64,000 nt of DNA from Planctomycetota bacterium (GTDB lineage: Bacteria; Planctomycetota; UBA1135; UBA2386). The notes beneath the pieces are model-generated. The model had not been told where the DNA came from. It ran no database searches and saw nothing but the letters and a program-made list of their open reading frames with translations. The position numbers were made by a program, and so were the translations under genes. Positions 9,428-19,536 of this stretch are shown in pieces (position 1 is the first letter of the stretch; each line of letters opens with the position of its first letter). Location of the stretch: contig OZ245006.1 in NCBI GenBank assembly GCA_965223545.1, positions 4,448,001 to 4,512,000 on the forward strand, given 5' to 3'.

Positions 9428-10351
9428 ATGCCCGACTGGATCCTGCACATCGCGGCCGCCCGCTTGGCCGCGCGGCCGCGGCGCGTCTGGGATCCGAGGT
9501 GGCTGTTCTTGGGCGCGGTGCTGCCGGACGCGCTGCCCCGGTGCTTCTCGATGGCGATGCACTACGCACCACCGCTGCGGGAGCTGAGCTCGGTCTGGCT
9601 CGGCCTGTACGTCGCGTTCTTGCACACTCCGGTGTCGGTGGCGTTGTTGGTCGTCGCCCTGGTGGCGATCGCGGCGGACCGGCGTGCGGCGCTCTGTGGC
9701 TTGCTGGTCGGCGCGGCGACGCACTTCCTGTTGGACCTGCTGCAATGCTCCTGGGGTGGCGGCACGAGCCTGCTGTACCCCGTCGATCTGACGCCCTTCA
9801 GCTGGCAGGTCGGCTGGTACGACAGCGGTCCCACCTACGCGGCGCTCGGGTTGGCGACGGTCTACCTGGTGCTGCTGGCGGTGCGGGGCGGCTGGCCGGT
9901 CGACCGCGCGCTCGCGTTCTCGCCGCCGCGCCTCGCGGCCGCCGGCATCGCCGCGGTCGCTTGTCTGGTGCTGCCCCTGGCCACGCTGCAGCGTGCTGCC
10001 GACATGGACCTGGGCAATGCCCAACTCGGGCTCGCACCGGAACGCCTCGTCGGCCGAGCCCTGGCAATCGCGGTCACCCCGGTGCTGCGCGCCGAGGACG
10101 GCGGCTTCGTCATCGATCGGGCCGACCGCGAGTTCCTGGTGCAGGCAGGCGAAGTGGGCGTCGAGGCTGGCGATTTCGTGTCGCTGCGCGGCACCTTCGA
10201 CGGGGAGGTGATCACCGCTTCCGAAGTCTTCGTCCACCGCTACGGTGTCAAGGTCGTCGCGTCACTGCTCGGCGCGGTGTTTCTCATCCTGGTGTGGTGG
10301 CCCGGCCTGCGTTCCCAGTGGAGGGCGCGGGTGGGCCGAGAGGTCCGTTGA
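9428..10351 (+). CDS. Metal-dependent hydrolase-like membrane protein (YdjM-like)
   Basis: N-terminal His, GAVLPD, LHTP, THFLLD motifs and multiple hydrophobic helices. Confidence 0.7.
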   Translation: MPDWILHIAAARLAARPRRVWDPRWLFLGAVLPDALPRCFSMAMHYAPPLRELSSVWLGLYVAFLHTPVSVALLVVALVAIAADRRAALCGLLVGAATHFLLDLLQCSWGGGTSLLYPVDLTPFSWQVGWYDSGPTYAALGLATVYLVLLAVRGGWPVDRALAFSPPRLAAAGIAAVACLVLPLATLQRAADMDLGNAQLGLAPERLVGRALAIAVTPVLRAEDGGFVIDRADREFLVQAGEVGVEAGDFVSLRGTFDGEVITASEVFVHRYGVKVVASLLGAVFLILVWWPGLRSQWRARVGREVR

Positions 10352-10352
10352 G

Positions 10353-11192
10353 ATGGAACGAGAGGATTCTCCGTCGGCAGAAACGGCCGAGGCATGGCTG
10401 CACGATGCCGTCGAGGCCTTCGAGACCGGCGATGTCGAGCGCGCCGAGCGACTGGCGGCGGAGCTGGTCGGCCGGTGTCGAAGTCGTCCGGAGCACGCCG
10501 ACGTCGTGCGCGAAGCCGAGACGCTACTGCTCGGCGTCGACATCGAGCTGCGCCGCGACGACGCGGCGCTGGCCCGGATCGAGGCGATGCGGGCGGCCGC
10601 GGGCACCGACGACCACGTCGATCTGCTCGAGGGTCGATTGCAGATGATGCGCTGGCAGATCGACGCCGCCGCGTCGACCTTCGACGCGATCGACGACGAC
10701 TCCGAGCTCGCCGCCGACGTCTACTACCACCGGGCCATCATCGCCGAGTTGCGCGGTGATCTCACGCTCGCCGATCGGCATTACGAGCGCGCGACCGCTC
10801 TGGACGCGGACGCCTGCCCCGCACCGGTGCGCATGCCCGATGACGAGGCGCTGGGGATGTTGCGGGAGATCGTCGCTGCGTTTCCGCCGGACTTGGCGGC
10901 GGCGCTCGACAACGTTTCGATCGAGCTCGCGCCGATGCCGGACGCGGCGATCGATGGCGGACCGGATACGGACCCGCTCGTCTTGGGGCTGTATGCGGGC
11001 GCGCCGATCGGCGAGTCGGTGGACGCGCCGTTGTCGATGCCGGGCTCGGTGCGGATCTTCAAGCGCAACATCGAGCGCGTCGCCGCCGACCGCGAGGCCC
11101 TTTTGGAGGAGCTGCGCATCACCCTGCTGCACGAAGTCGGCCACCACTTGGGCTGGGACGAGGATGACCTCGAGGCGCGCGGGCTGGCATGA
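10353..11192 (+). CDS. TPR-like repeats plus minimal zincin metallopeptidase domain
   Basis: Helical repeat N-terminus; LGLY.G and ITLLHEVGHHLG..EDDL at the C-terminus. Confidence 0.85.
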   Translation: MEREDSPSAETAEAWLHDAVEAFETGDVERAERLAAELVGRCRSRPEHADVVREAETLLLGVDIELRRDDAALARIEAMRAAAGTDDHVDLLEGRLQMMRWQIDAAASTFDAIDDDSELAADVYYHRAIIAELRGDLTLADRHYERATALDADACPAPVRMPDDEALGMLREIVAAFPPDLAAALDNVSIELAPMPDAAIDGGPDTDPLVLGLYAGAPIGESVDAPLSMPGSVRIFKRNIERVAADREALLEELRITLLHEVGHHLGWDEDDLEARGLA

Positions 11193-11398
11193 GCCTCAGG
11201 GTCCGCGAATCTTCGCGCGGCGACAACCTTTCGGAAGGCTCGATGCCGCTCGAACTTCGACAACGCAGCTCCCGGAGGCTCGAAGACAACACTGGCCTCT
11301 GGGCTCAGCGCGGCCGCCGGCGACCGCGGGACTTGCGACCGACGCTCGGGTCGCGGAACGCTCTGTGTTTGGTTGCGGCCTCGGCCGCGCTGAGCCCA
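11190..11398 (+). repeat. Dispersed ~200-bp hairpin repeat, copy 2
   Basis: Aligns with the reverse complement of 5291-5505. Perfect 17-bp inverted repeat at 11300-11316 / 11382-11398. Confidence 0.85.
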
Positions 11399-11458
11399 CT
11401 TTCGGCGGGCAAAACGACGATGATAGGATGACTGCCGTTCCAGCCCCGCCCGAGCGTC

Positions 11459-14400
11459 TTGTCCGTCGATCACGGTTCCGACTTCCCCGGTTCTGACCGC
11501 CCCGTGGCCAGCGCCGCGCATCGCCGTTTGCGCGTCGCGTCGAGGCTGGTCCTGCTCGGTGTGCTCGCCGGCGCCCCGATGGCGCAGGAGCCCGTCGACG
11601 AGGAATACTACGAACGTCGCGTGCGTCCCCTGCTGGCCGAGCGGTGCGTGCGCTGCCATGGCGAGGCCAAGCAGAAGTCGCGGTTGCGCGTCGATTCCAT
11701 CGACGCGTTGCTGGCCGGCGGTGAGCGCGGGCCGGCGCTTGCGCCGCACGATGCCGAAGGCAGTCGCTTGGTGCAGGTCGTGCGCTATGGCGACGAGCTG
11801 CAGATGCCGCCGCGCGGCAAGCTCGCGCCGGACGAGATCGAGACGATCGAGCGCTGGGTCGCCGCCGGCGCGCCCGGGCCGCGCGGAGTCGGCGAGTTGG
11901 CGGCGAAGCCGCAGTTCGACTTGCAGCAACGCCGGCGAGAGCACTGGGCCTTCGCGCCGATCCAGGATCCACCGGTGCCGGCGTCGAGCACCGGCTGGGT
12001 CCGGGACCCGGTCGACGCGTTCGTCGAGCGCGCCTTGCAGCGGGCGGAGCTCGCCCCGGCGGCGCCGGCCGATCGCGCGACGCTGTTGCGCCGCGCGTGG
12101 TTCGACGTGGTCGGCTTGCCGCCGCCGGTCGAAGCGCTGGAACGGTTCCTCGCCGACCAGAGCGCGCACGCGTGGCGCGCCGCCGTCGACGAGCTGCTCG
12201 CGATGCCGCAGTTCGGCGAGCGCTGGGCGCGGCACTGGCTCGACCTGATGCGCTACGGCGAGAGCCGCGGCCACGAGTTCGACTACATCCTGCCCAACGC
12301 GTACCAGTATCGCGACTACGTCGTGCGCGCGCTCAACGACGACGTCGGCTACGACCAGTTCTTGGTCGAACACGTGGCGGGCGATCTGCTCGACGAGCCC
12401 CGGTTGAACCCGGAGACCGGCGCCAACGAATCGGTGCTGGCGACCGGCTTCTGGTATCTCGGCGAGGAAGTGCACTCGCCGGTGGATCCGCGCGCCGACG
12501 AGGCGGACCGCATCGACAACAAGATCGACGTCTTCTCCAAGGCGTTCTTGGGGCTGACAGTGGCGTGTGCCCGCTGCCACGACCACAAGTTCGACGCGAT
12601 CTCGACGCGCGACTACTACGCGCTATCGGGATACCTGCTCAGCTCGAGCTACCGCCAGGTGCGGTTCGAGAGCATGCCGCACAACGGATCCGTGGCGGCG
12701 GAGCTGGAGGCACTCGAGCGCGAGCACCGCGGCGATGTCATGGCCGCGGTCGCAGCGGCGATGCGCAACCCGACGCGTGACGCGGCGGACTACCTGCTCG
12801 CGGCCGGCGCGGTGTCGGTGCCGGGTCCGGGCGCCGGCGGATCGGTCTCGGCCGACCGCGGCGTGCCGGTTGGAAACGCGCCTCCGCTGGCGTTCGACGT
12901 CGTCTTCGAGGACTTCGAGCAGCCGCTGCGCGAACGGGGTTGGCACGTCGAGGGCACCGCGTTCGGCGAGGGGGCGACGCCGATCCAAGAGCTGGCCCCG
13001 CACGTGCGTGGTGTGAAGGCGCGCGGCGAGGGCGTGGCGCACGGGCACGGCGCCGTGCCGGTGGGTAGCTCGGCGGAGCGCGATCGCCACGTCGGCCGGC
13101 TGCTGAGTCCCGCGTTCCGCATCGACCGCGATTACGTGCACCTGCTGGTGGGCGGCGGTGAGCATCCCGGACTGGCCTGCGTCAACGTCCTCGTCGACGG
13201 CGCGCCGGTTGCCACGGTGACCGGGCACAACGCTACCCGCATGCGCCCGGCACGCCTCGATCTGCGGACCTGGCGCGGCCGTGAGGCGCGCATCGAGATC
13301 GTCGATCGCGCGATCTTCGGCTGGGGTCACATCAGCGTCGATCAGATCGTGTTCGCCGACGAGTCGAGGGCGACGGCGCTCGATGCCACGCTTGCGCTCG
13401 CCGACGGCGTGGCGTGGAGCGCGGCGGCCAGCGAGGTCGCCGCGCAGCGCGGCTTGGACCCGCGGCGGCTGGCGGCCTGGGTGGGTGCGCTCTGGCAGGC
13501 CGAGCGCGACCCGGCGCACCCCCTGCGGGCGTGGGTTGCCGACGCCGTGGGGCCGCGGCCGGCGTCGGCCCAGCCGTCGCGTTCCGCGCGCGCCGGCACC
13601 CGCACGGTCGTCGACTACGGCGCGTTGCCGCGCGGCCACTGGCTGCAGGACGGCTACACGTTCGGCCCCGGGCCCAAGCGGGCCGGCGACCCGCGCTGGT
13701 CGACGGACCCCGCGGCCCCGCTGCGCGGCATCGTCGCGGTGGCGGCGGCGGAGCAGGACCCCGCTTGGCAGGGCCTGCGGCTGGCGCCGAATGCCGACAG
13801 GCCGCCGGGCGAGTGGCATTGGGTGCAGTCGGGGCGGATGCTGCGCACGCCGACCTTCGTCATCGACGGCGACAAGCTCGCCTACCGCGTGCGCGGCGCC
13901 GGCCACGCGGCGGTGATCGTCGACGGCCACCGCATGTTCGCCGGACCACTGCACGTCGAGCTGCTGCGCGATTGGCCCGACGCGGCCGGCTATCGGTGGG
14001 TCGAGCACGACGTCGCCGCCTACCGCGGGCACCGGGCGTACGTCGAGTTCAGCCCTTCGTCGGACGAGTCTTCGCACGCTCTGTTCATCGCCGAGGTCGT
14101 CTGTGGGGACGGTGCCCCTGCCGAGCGGGTGGAGGACAACCTCTGGTCGCCGGCACTGCTGGCGGGCAATCCGTCGCGGGCCGAGCTCGCCCGGCGCTAC
14201 GCCGAACGGTGGCGCGAGGCGGTCGAGGCGCTCGGTCGCGATCGACTCGCGGACGCCGGAGAGGCGGTGGTCGGCATGGCGGCGTGGATGTGCGGCGCGG
14301 AGGGCTTGTTTGCCCCGGACGCGCCGTCTCGGCAGGCCTTGGTGGCGCGGAGTCGGGAGTTCTGCGCGCGGCGCGCGGCGTTGATCGACTCGATCCAGCG

Positions 14401-15430
14401 GGAGTCGCACACCGCGATCGCGGTGTTGGATGGCACGGGCATCGACGAGCACGTGTTGATTCGCGGCGATGCGGGTTCGCCGGGCGAGCTCGTGCCACGC
14501 CGCTCGCTCGAGGCGTTCGGCGGTGCCGCTGCGGTGCCGCGCGAGACCGGCAGCGGGCGCCTGGAGCTAGCGCGCAGCTTGGTCGAACCCAAGAACCCGC
14601 TCGTCGCGCGGGTCGCGGTCAACCGAGTCTGGCACCACCTGTTCGGCCGGGGGCTGGTGCCTTCGGTCGACAACTTCGGCGTGCTCGGCGTAGAGTGCTC
14701 TCATCCCGAGTTGTTGGACCATCTGGCTCAGCGCTTCGTGCGCGACGGCTGGTCGATCCGCCGCCTGCTGCGCCGGCTGCTGTTGTCGTCGACGTATCGG
14801 ATGGCGTCCACGGCGAATGCCGACGCCGAGCGTGTCGATCCGACCAACCGCTTGCTGCACCGCGCCAACGTCCGGCGCCTGAGCGCGGAGGCGATTCGCG
14901 ATGCGATGCTGGCGGTGTCGGGTTCGTTGAGTGACGAGATGGGGGGCAAGAGCGTGCCGCTGCACCTGACGCCCTTCATGGACGGGCGCGGCCGGCCCGA
15001 GAGCGGGCCGCTCGACGGCGAGGGGCGTCGCAGCTTGTACCTGGCCGTGCGCCGCAACTTTCTGTCGCCGATGTTCCTGGCGTTCGACTTCCCGATTCCG
15101 TTCACTGCCCGCGGGCGCCGGGATGTCACCAACGTGCCCGCTCAGGCTCTGACGCTGATGAACAGCCCGCTGGTGACCGAGCTGGCGGCGCGTTGGGCGG
15201 CGCGCGCGGAGGCGGCGCCGGTGGACGAAGCGGCGCGCATCCGGATGCTGTATCGCCAGGCGTTGTCGCGCGCGCCCACGCAGCGGGAGTCGGCGGCGGC
15301 GCGGCGGTTTCTCGCGCAACAGCGCGCGGCCCGCGCCGCGGCGGACCCCGATGGCGATGCGCCCTCATCGCCGTGGCCCGACCTGTGCCACGTGTTGTTC
15401 AACCTGAAGGACTTCATCTACGTTCGCTGA
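11459..15430 (+). CDS. PSD1 / planctomycete cytochrome c domain protein (DUF1549, DUF1553)
   Basis: CVRCH, MPP, HWAF, GERWARHWLD, CARCHDHKFD, NRVWHHLFGRG, SHPELLD, PAQALTLMN. Start uncertain. Confidence 0.92.
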   Translation: MSVDHGSDFPGSDRPVASAAHRRLRVASRLVLLGVLAGAPMAQEPVDEEYYERRVRPLLAERCVRCHGEAKQKSRLRVDSIDALLAGGERGPALAPHDAEGSRLVQVVRYGDELQMPPRGKLAPDEIETIERWVAAGAPGPRGVGELAAKPQFDLQQRRREHWAFAPIQDPPVPASSTGWVRDPVDAFVERALQRAELAPAAPADRATLLRRAWFDVVGLPPPVEALERFLADQSAHAWRAAVDELLAMPQFGERWARHWLDLMRYGESRGHEFDYILPNAYQYRDYVVRALNDDVGYDQFLVEHVAGDLLDEPRLNPETGANESVLATGFWYLGEEVHSPVDPRADEADRIDNKIDVFSKAFLGLTVACARCHDHKFDAISTRDYYALSGYLLSSSYRQVRFESMPHNGSVAAELEALEREHRGDVMAAVAAAMRNPTRDAADYLLAAGAVSVPGPGAGGSVSADRGVPVGNAPPLAFDVVFEDFEQPLRERGWHVEGTAFGEGATPIQELAPHVRGVKARGEGVAHGHGAVPVGSSAERDRHVGRLLSPAFRIDRDYVHLLVGGGEHPGLACVNVLVDGAPVATVTGHNATRMRPARLDLRTWRGREARIEIVDRAIFGWGHISVDQIVFADESRATALDATLALADGVAWSAAASEVAAQRGLDPRRLAAWVGALWQAERDPAHPLRAWVADAVGPRPASAQPSRSARAGTRTVVDYGALPRGHWLQDGYTFGPGPKRAGDPRWSTDPAAPLRGIVAVAAAEQDPAWQGLRLAPNADRPPGEWHWVQSGRMLRTPTFVIDGDKLAYRVRGAGHAAVIVDGHRMFAGPLHVELLRDWPDAAGYRWVEHDVAAYRGHRAYVEFSPSSDESSHALFIAEVVCGDGAPAERVEDNLWSPALLAGNPSRAELARRYAERWREAVEALGRDRLADAGEAVVGMAAWMCGAEGLFAPDAPSRQALVARSREFCARRAALIDSIQRESHTAIAVLDGTGIDEHVLIRGDAGSPGELVPRRSLEAFGGAAAVPRETGSGRLELARSLVEPKNPLVARVAVNRVWHHLFGRGLVPSVDNFGVLGVECSHPELLDHLAQRFVRDGWSIRRLLRRLLLSSTYRMASTANADAERVDPTNRLLHRANVRRLSAEAIRDAMLAVSGSLSDEMGGKSVPLHLTPFMDGRGRPESGPLDGEGRRSLYLAVRRNFLSPMFLAFDFPIPFTARGRRDVTNVPAQALTLMNSPLVTELAARWAARAEAAPVDEAARIRMLYRQALSRAPTQRESAAARRFLAQQRAARAAADPDGDAPSSPWPDLCHVLFNLKDFIYVR

Positions 15431-15437
15431 CGACCGC

Positions 15438-16862
15438 ATGCCGCGCTCCGATTTCGAACCACCGCCCGGCGACCGCGTCTTGTGGACGCGGCGCCAGATG
15501 CTACAGCGGGTCACCAATGGCTTCGGTGCGCTGGCGCTCGGCGGGATCCTGGCCGAGGAGAGTCGGGCGGGCGTGGGCGGCGGCCGGGCGCCGCACTTTC
15601 GGCCGCGCGCGAACAGCGTGATCTTCCTCTACATGGATGGTGCGCCGTCGCAGGTGGACACCTTCGATCCAAAGCCGCGGCTCGAGAAGGAGAACGGCCA
15701 GCCGATCGGCATCGACGTGCCGCCGACCCAGTTCGACGACGTCGGCGGGGTGCTGATGTCGCCGTGGAAGTTCCGCCAGCACGGTGAGAGTGGACTGTGG
15801 GTCAGCGATCTGTTTCCGAACCTCGCCCGCTGCGTGGACAAGCTGGCGATGATCCACTCGATGGTGTCCAAGTTCCCCGAGCACACCAACGCCAACTACT
15901 TCTTGCACACTGGCCACGGCCAGCAGGGGCGGCCGAGCTTGGGGTCGTGGTTGACCTACGGCCTGGGCAGCGCGTCGCGGCAGCTGCCGGGGTTCGTCGT
16001 GCTCAACGGCGGGCTGATCCCGCCGGGCGGACTCGACAACTTCAACAGCGGCTTCTTGCCGGCGGCGTTCCAGGGGTCGGTCTTCCGCGGCGAAGGCGAG
16101 CCGGTGGCCAACATTCGTCCCCGCGAGGCGACGCCGGAGCTGCAGCGCAACAAGCTGGCGTTGTTGGACGAGCTCGATCGAGAGGGGTTGGAGCAGCGCG
16201 GCAGCCACGACGCGCTGGAGGCGGCGATCCACAACTACGAGCTGGCGTTTCGCATGCAGGCGGCCGTGCCCGAGCTGGTCGACCTGCGCGGCGAGTCGGC
16301 GGCGACGCGCCGCCACTACGGCCTCGAGGATGCGTATGCTCCGACCCGCACCTACGGCACGCTGTGTTTGTTGGCGCGTCGGTTGGTGGAGCGCGGCGTG
16401 CGGTTCGTCGAGGTGACCTGTCCCAAGCTGGCGGCCGACCGCTGGGACCAGCACTCCAACCTGCGCGCCGGACACCTGCGCAACGCGCGGGCGGTCGATC
16501 AACCGATCGCCGCTTTGTTGACCGATCTGCAGGCGCGCGGGTTGCTCGATTCGACCGTCGTGGTGTGGGGCGGCGAGTTCGGCCGGACCCCGATGGCGCA
16601 GGGACGCGATGGCCGCGACCACAACCCGCACGGCTTCACCATGTGGTTGGCGGGCGGCGGAGTGCGCGGCGGGGTCCGCTACGGAGCCACCGATGACTAC
16701 GGCTACTTCGCGGTGGAGAACAAGGTCGAGATCCACGACCTGCACGCCACGCTGATGCACCTTCTCGGCATCGACCACGAGCGGTTGACCTACCGCTTCA
16801 GCGGCCGTGACATGCGGCTGACCGACGTCCACGGCCACGTGCTCACCGATCTGCTCGCGTAG
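15438..16862 (+). CDS. DUF1501 family protein
   Basis: Tat-like TRRQML, SQVDTFDPKP, ARRLVERGVRFV, WDQH, GEFGRTP, GRDHNP. Typical partner of PSD1 genes. Confidence 0.92.
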   Translation: MPRSDFEPPPGDRVLWTRRQMLQRVTNGFGALALGGILAEESRAGVGGGRAPHFRPRANSVIFLYMDGAPSQVDTFDPKPRLEKENGQPIGIDVPPTQFDDVGGVLMSPWKFRQHGESGLWVSDLFPNLARCVDKLAMIHSMVSKFPEHTNANYFLHTGHGQQGRPSLGSWLTYGLGSASRQLPGFVVLNGGLIPPGGLDNFNSGFLPAAFQGSVFRGEGEPVANIRPREATPELQRNKLALLDELDREGLEQRGSHDALEAAIHNYELAFRMQAAVPELVDLRGESAATRRHYGLEDAYAPTRTYGTLCLLARRLVERGVRFVEVTCPKLAADRWDQHSNLRAGHLRNARAVDQPIAALLTDLQARGLLDSTVVVWGGEFGRTPMAQGRDGRDHNPHGFTMWLAGGGVRGGVRYGATDDYGYFAVENKVEIHDLHATLMHLLGIDHERLTYRFSGRDMRLTDVHGHVLTDLLA

Positions 16863-17042
16863 GCGGGCCCCCTCGGCGTCGGCAATCCTTCCGTGGCGGC
16901 CTTCCGTGGCGGGGATTTCCCGGTGGCGCCGGGCCGTTACGGAGCGGCGGGCCGTCAGCTAGGATACCGAGTCCTGCCCATCCTCCAGCAAGAGGTGGCC
17001 CCCCTGAGTCCCCTGGGATCTGCCGCCGAGGAAACGCACCGC

Positions 17043-18446
17043 ATGAATGCAGCCTTCAAGTCTGTCTCTCTGTCCATCGTGGGCGCAGTTGTCGCCGTGG
17101 CCGGAGCCACCGCGCAAAGCTCGTTGCACATGGAGAAGATCTCCACGGTGCCGTTCGCGCCGTGCTCGGTCGGCGACATCTGGGCGATGGGCGACACGAT
17201 GCTCGTCGCGCGTCGATGGGCCGGCTTCTCACTGGTCGACGTCAGCGACCCAGCCAACCCGGTCAGCACGGACGTGACGCCGCCCGGCTATCCCGTCTTC
17301 CAGAGCAGCTACGGCGTTGGCGACATCAAGTCGGATGGTCGCTACGTCTACGCCACCGACGAGGCCACCGGCGAAGGCCTGTTCATCTACGACGCGCAGG
17401 ACCCCAAGAACCCGGTCCTGGTCAGCACGCTGGGCCGGATCGGGTTCCGCAGCAGCTGCCACAACTGCTGGGTCGACGTCGAGGCCAAGACGCTCTACAC
17501 GACCACCGGCGACGTCTACGACGTCAGCAACCCGGCCAGTCCGCGTTGGCTGTCGCGCATCGCCTCCGGTCACGACGTGGTCGTGATCAACGGCCGTGCG
17601 TACGTGTCGGAGTGGAGTTCGGGAATCGGCATCTACGACGTCTCCACGCCGATGGTGCCGCGCCGCATCGGCAGCCAGAACTACTCCAACTCGGCGACCC
17701 ACAACATGTGGCCGTCGAAGGATGGCCGCCACCTGTTCACCACCGACGAGAACCTCGTCGGCAGCACCGGCGGCTCGGTGCGGGTCTGGGACATCTCCAA
17801 CCTGTCCAGCATGACGCAGGTGGGCTCCTACAAGACGGGTGCCACCGGGTCGGTGGTGCACAACGTGCACGTGCACGGCGACCTGTTGTACGTGTCGTAC
17901 TACAAGGAAGGCGTCCGCGTGGTGGACATCTCCAACCCGGCGACGCCAGTGGAGATCGCGCACTTCGACACGTTCGTCGGCAACGGGGGCGGGTGTTTCC
18001 TGGCACAGAACGGTTGGGGCGCCGAGTACGCCGGCATCTGGGGCGTCTACCCGTTCGGCCTCGACAAGGTGCTGGTCAGCGACATGGAGCAAGGGGCACA
18101 CATCCTGCGCCTGCGCGTCATCGACCAGACTTTCAGCGTGACGCCCTCGCCGGTGCAGCCGGGCACTGCACTCCAGCTCAACCTCAGCTATCAGAACGTG
18201 TCGTCCACTCCGTTGCCGGGCTTCGGCATCGCCCTGCTCAGCGGCATCAACGGCGTGCCGGCGGCGCTGCCCCTGATCATCGACCTCGCCAACGTGGCGC
18301 CGTCGCAGACCGTCAACAAGACGCTCAACATCCCGGTGCCGCTCGGTCTGCCGTCCGGCCTGACGATCGACTTCACCGGGTTCTCCGGATTGTCGTCGCC
18401 GCTGACCGTGACCGAGACCATTCCGGTGCAGGTCACCGTCCAGTAG
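17043..18446 (+). CDS. Secreted LVIVD-repeat beta-propeller protein
   Basis: Signal peptide; repeated (L/V)VD(V/I)S(D/N)PA.P units; HN motifs. Confidence 0.8.
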   Translation: MNAAFKSVSLSIVGAVVAVAGATAQSSLHMEKISTVPFAPCSVGDIWAMGDTMLVARRWAGFSLVDVSDPANPVSTDVTPPGYPVFQSSYGVGDIKSDGRYVYATDEATGEGLFIYDAQDPKNPVLVSTLGRIGFRSSCHNCWVDVEAKTLYTTTGDVYDVSNPASPRWLSRIASGHDVVVINGRAYVSEWSSGIGIYDVSTPMVPRRIGSQNYSNSATHNMWPSKDGRHLFTTDENLVGSTGGSVRVWDISNLSSMTQVGSYKTGATGSVVHNVHVHGDLLYVSYYKEGVRVVDISNPATPVEIAHFDTFVGNGGGCFLAQNGWGAEYAGIWGVYPFGLDKVLVSDMEQGAHILRLRVIDQTFSVTPSPVQPGTALQLNLSYQNVSSTPLPGFGIALLSGINGVPAALPLIIDLANVAPSQTVNKTLNIPVPLGLPSGLTIDFTGFSGLSSPLTVTETIPVQVTVQ

Positions 18447-19488
18447 ACGGCGCGTCTTTCGGCGCAGCGGCCGGCCGCGACAGGGCGCGCAAGAACGCGA
18501 CCAGGTTCGCGCGCTCGGTCGCCGACAGCTCGATCGGCTGCATGTCCGGGTCGAGGTGTTCGTTCGCGCGGCCGCCGTCGGCGTAGAACTGCACCACGTC
18601 CTCGAGCGTCGCCAAACTGCCGTCGTGCATGTAGGGCGCGGTCTCCTCCAGCATGCGCAGCGTCGGCGTCTTGAACTTGCCGCGGTCGGCGGGGTCTCCG
18701 GTCACGGCGAGCCTGCCCTCCTCGGCGACTCCGCCGTTGACCCCGACGCCAGTGTTGTGGAAGCCCTCGTCGGAGAGGTTGGCGCCCGAGTGGCAGCGCC
18801 AGCAGCGGCCCTTGCTCTCGTAGATCCACAGACCGGCCTTCTCCGCGGCGTTCAGTGCCGTCGATGCCCCGCCCTGGAAGCGGTCGACCGGACTGTCGCC
18901 GGCGAGTAGCCCACGGACGAAGCTGGCGAGTGCGCGGGCGAGCGTCGTGCGCGTCGGCGGTTCGCCAAATGTCTCCTCGAACGCGGCGCGGTAGTCGGCG
19001 TCGTCGGCGAGCCGCGCGACCGCGGTGTCGACCGGGAGGTCCATCTCGTTGGGATCCGAGATCGGCAGCAGAACCTGCTGCTCCAGGGTCTCGGCGGCGC
19101 CGTCCCACCGGTGTGCCGTGCCGAAGCCGCGGTTGTACAGCGTCGGCGCATCGCGGAGCGCGCGCCGACCTCGCACCCCGAGCGGCCGCGCCTCGGTGCT
19201 GGCGAAGCCGTGCTTGGGGTCGTGGCAGGAGGCGCAGGCCACCGTCCGGTCGATCGACAGCACCGGGTCGAAGAACAGACGCCGGCCGAGCGCAAAGGCC
19301 TCGGCGGTCAGTGGGTTGTCCGCCGGTGCGGGGATTTCCGCCGGCAGTCCGAAGGGCACCGCCGTTGGGAACGCGTCGGGTCCCAGGGTGTCCTCGACCA
19401 ATGCTGGGGCCAAGGGTGGGGTCTGCGCGACTGCCGGCATGGCGGCGGCCAGCGCGACGGCGATGACGACGATGCGCGCGTTCTGCAC
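18433..19488 (-). CDS. Di-heme cytochrome c peroxidase (MauG/CCP family)
   Basis: CASCH and CWRCH heme sites, LGRRLFFDPVLS, FKTPTLR, APYMHDG. Confidence 0.92.
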   Translation of the reverse strand: MQNARIVVIAVALAAAMPAVAQTPPLAPALVEDTLGPDAFPTAVPFGLPAEIPAPADNPLTAEAFALGRRLFFDPVLSIDRTVACASCHDPKHGFASTEARPLGVRGRRALRDAPTLYNRGFGTAHRWDGAAETLEQQVLLPISDPNEMDLPVDTAVARLADDADYRAAFEETFGEPPTRTTLARALASFVRGLLAGDSPVDRFQGGASTALNAAEKAGLWIYESKGRCWRCHSGANLSDEGFHNTGVGVNGGVAEEGRLAVTGDPADRGKFKTPTLRMLEETAPYMHDGSLATLEDVVQFYADGGRANEHLDPDMQPIELSATERANLVAFLRALSRPAAAPKDAPSTGR

Positions 19489-19536
19489 GCTCTCGGTGTA
19501 CGGGCTGGTTTGGTGCGCCGCAACCCGGCGGGCGAA

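Noticed and set aside
11190..11398. 200-bp repeat as an integron attC site
   Set aside because: No clear RYYYAAC/GTTRRRY ends, no cassette array and no integron integrase in the window.
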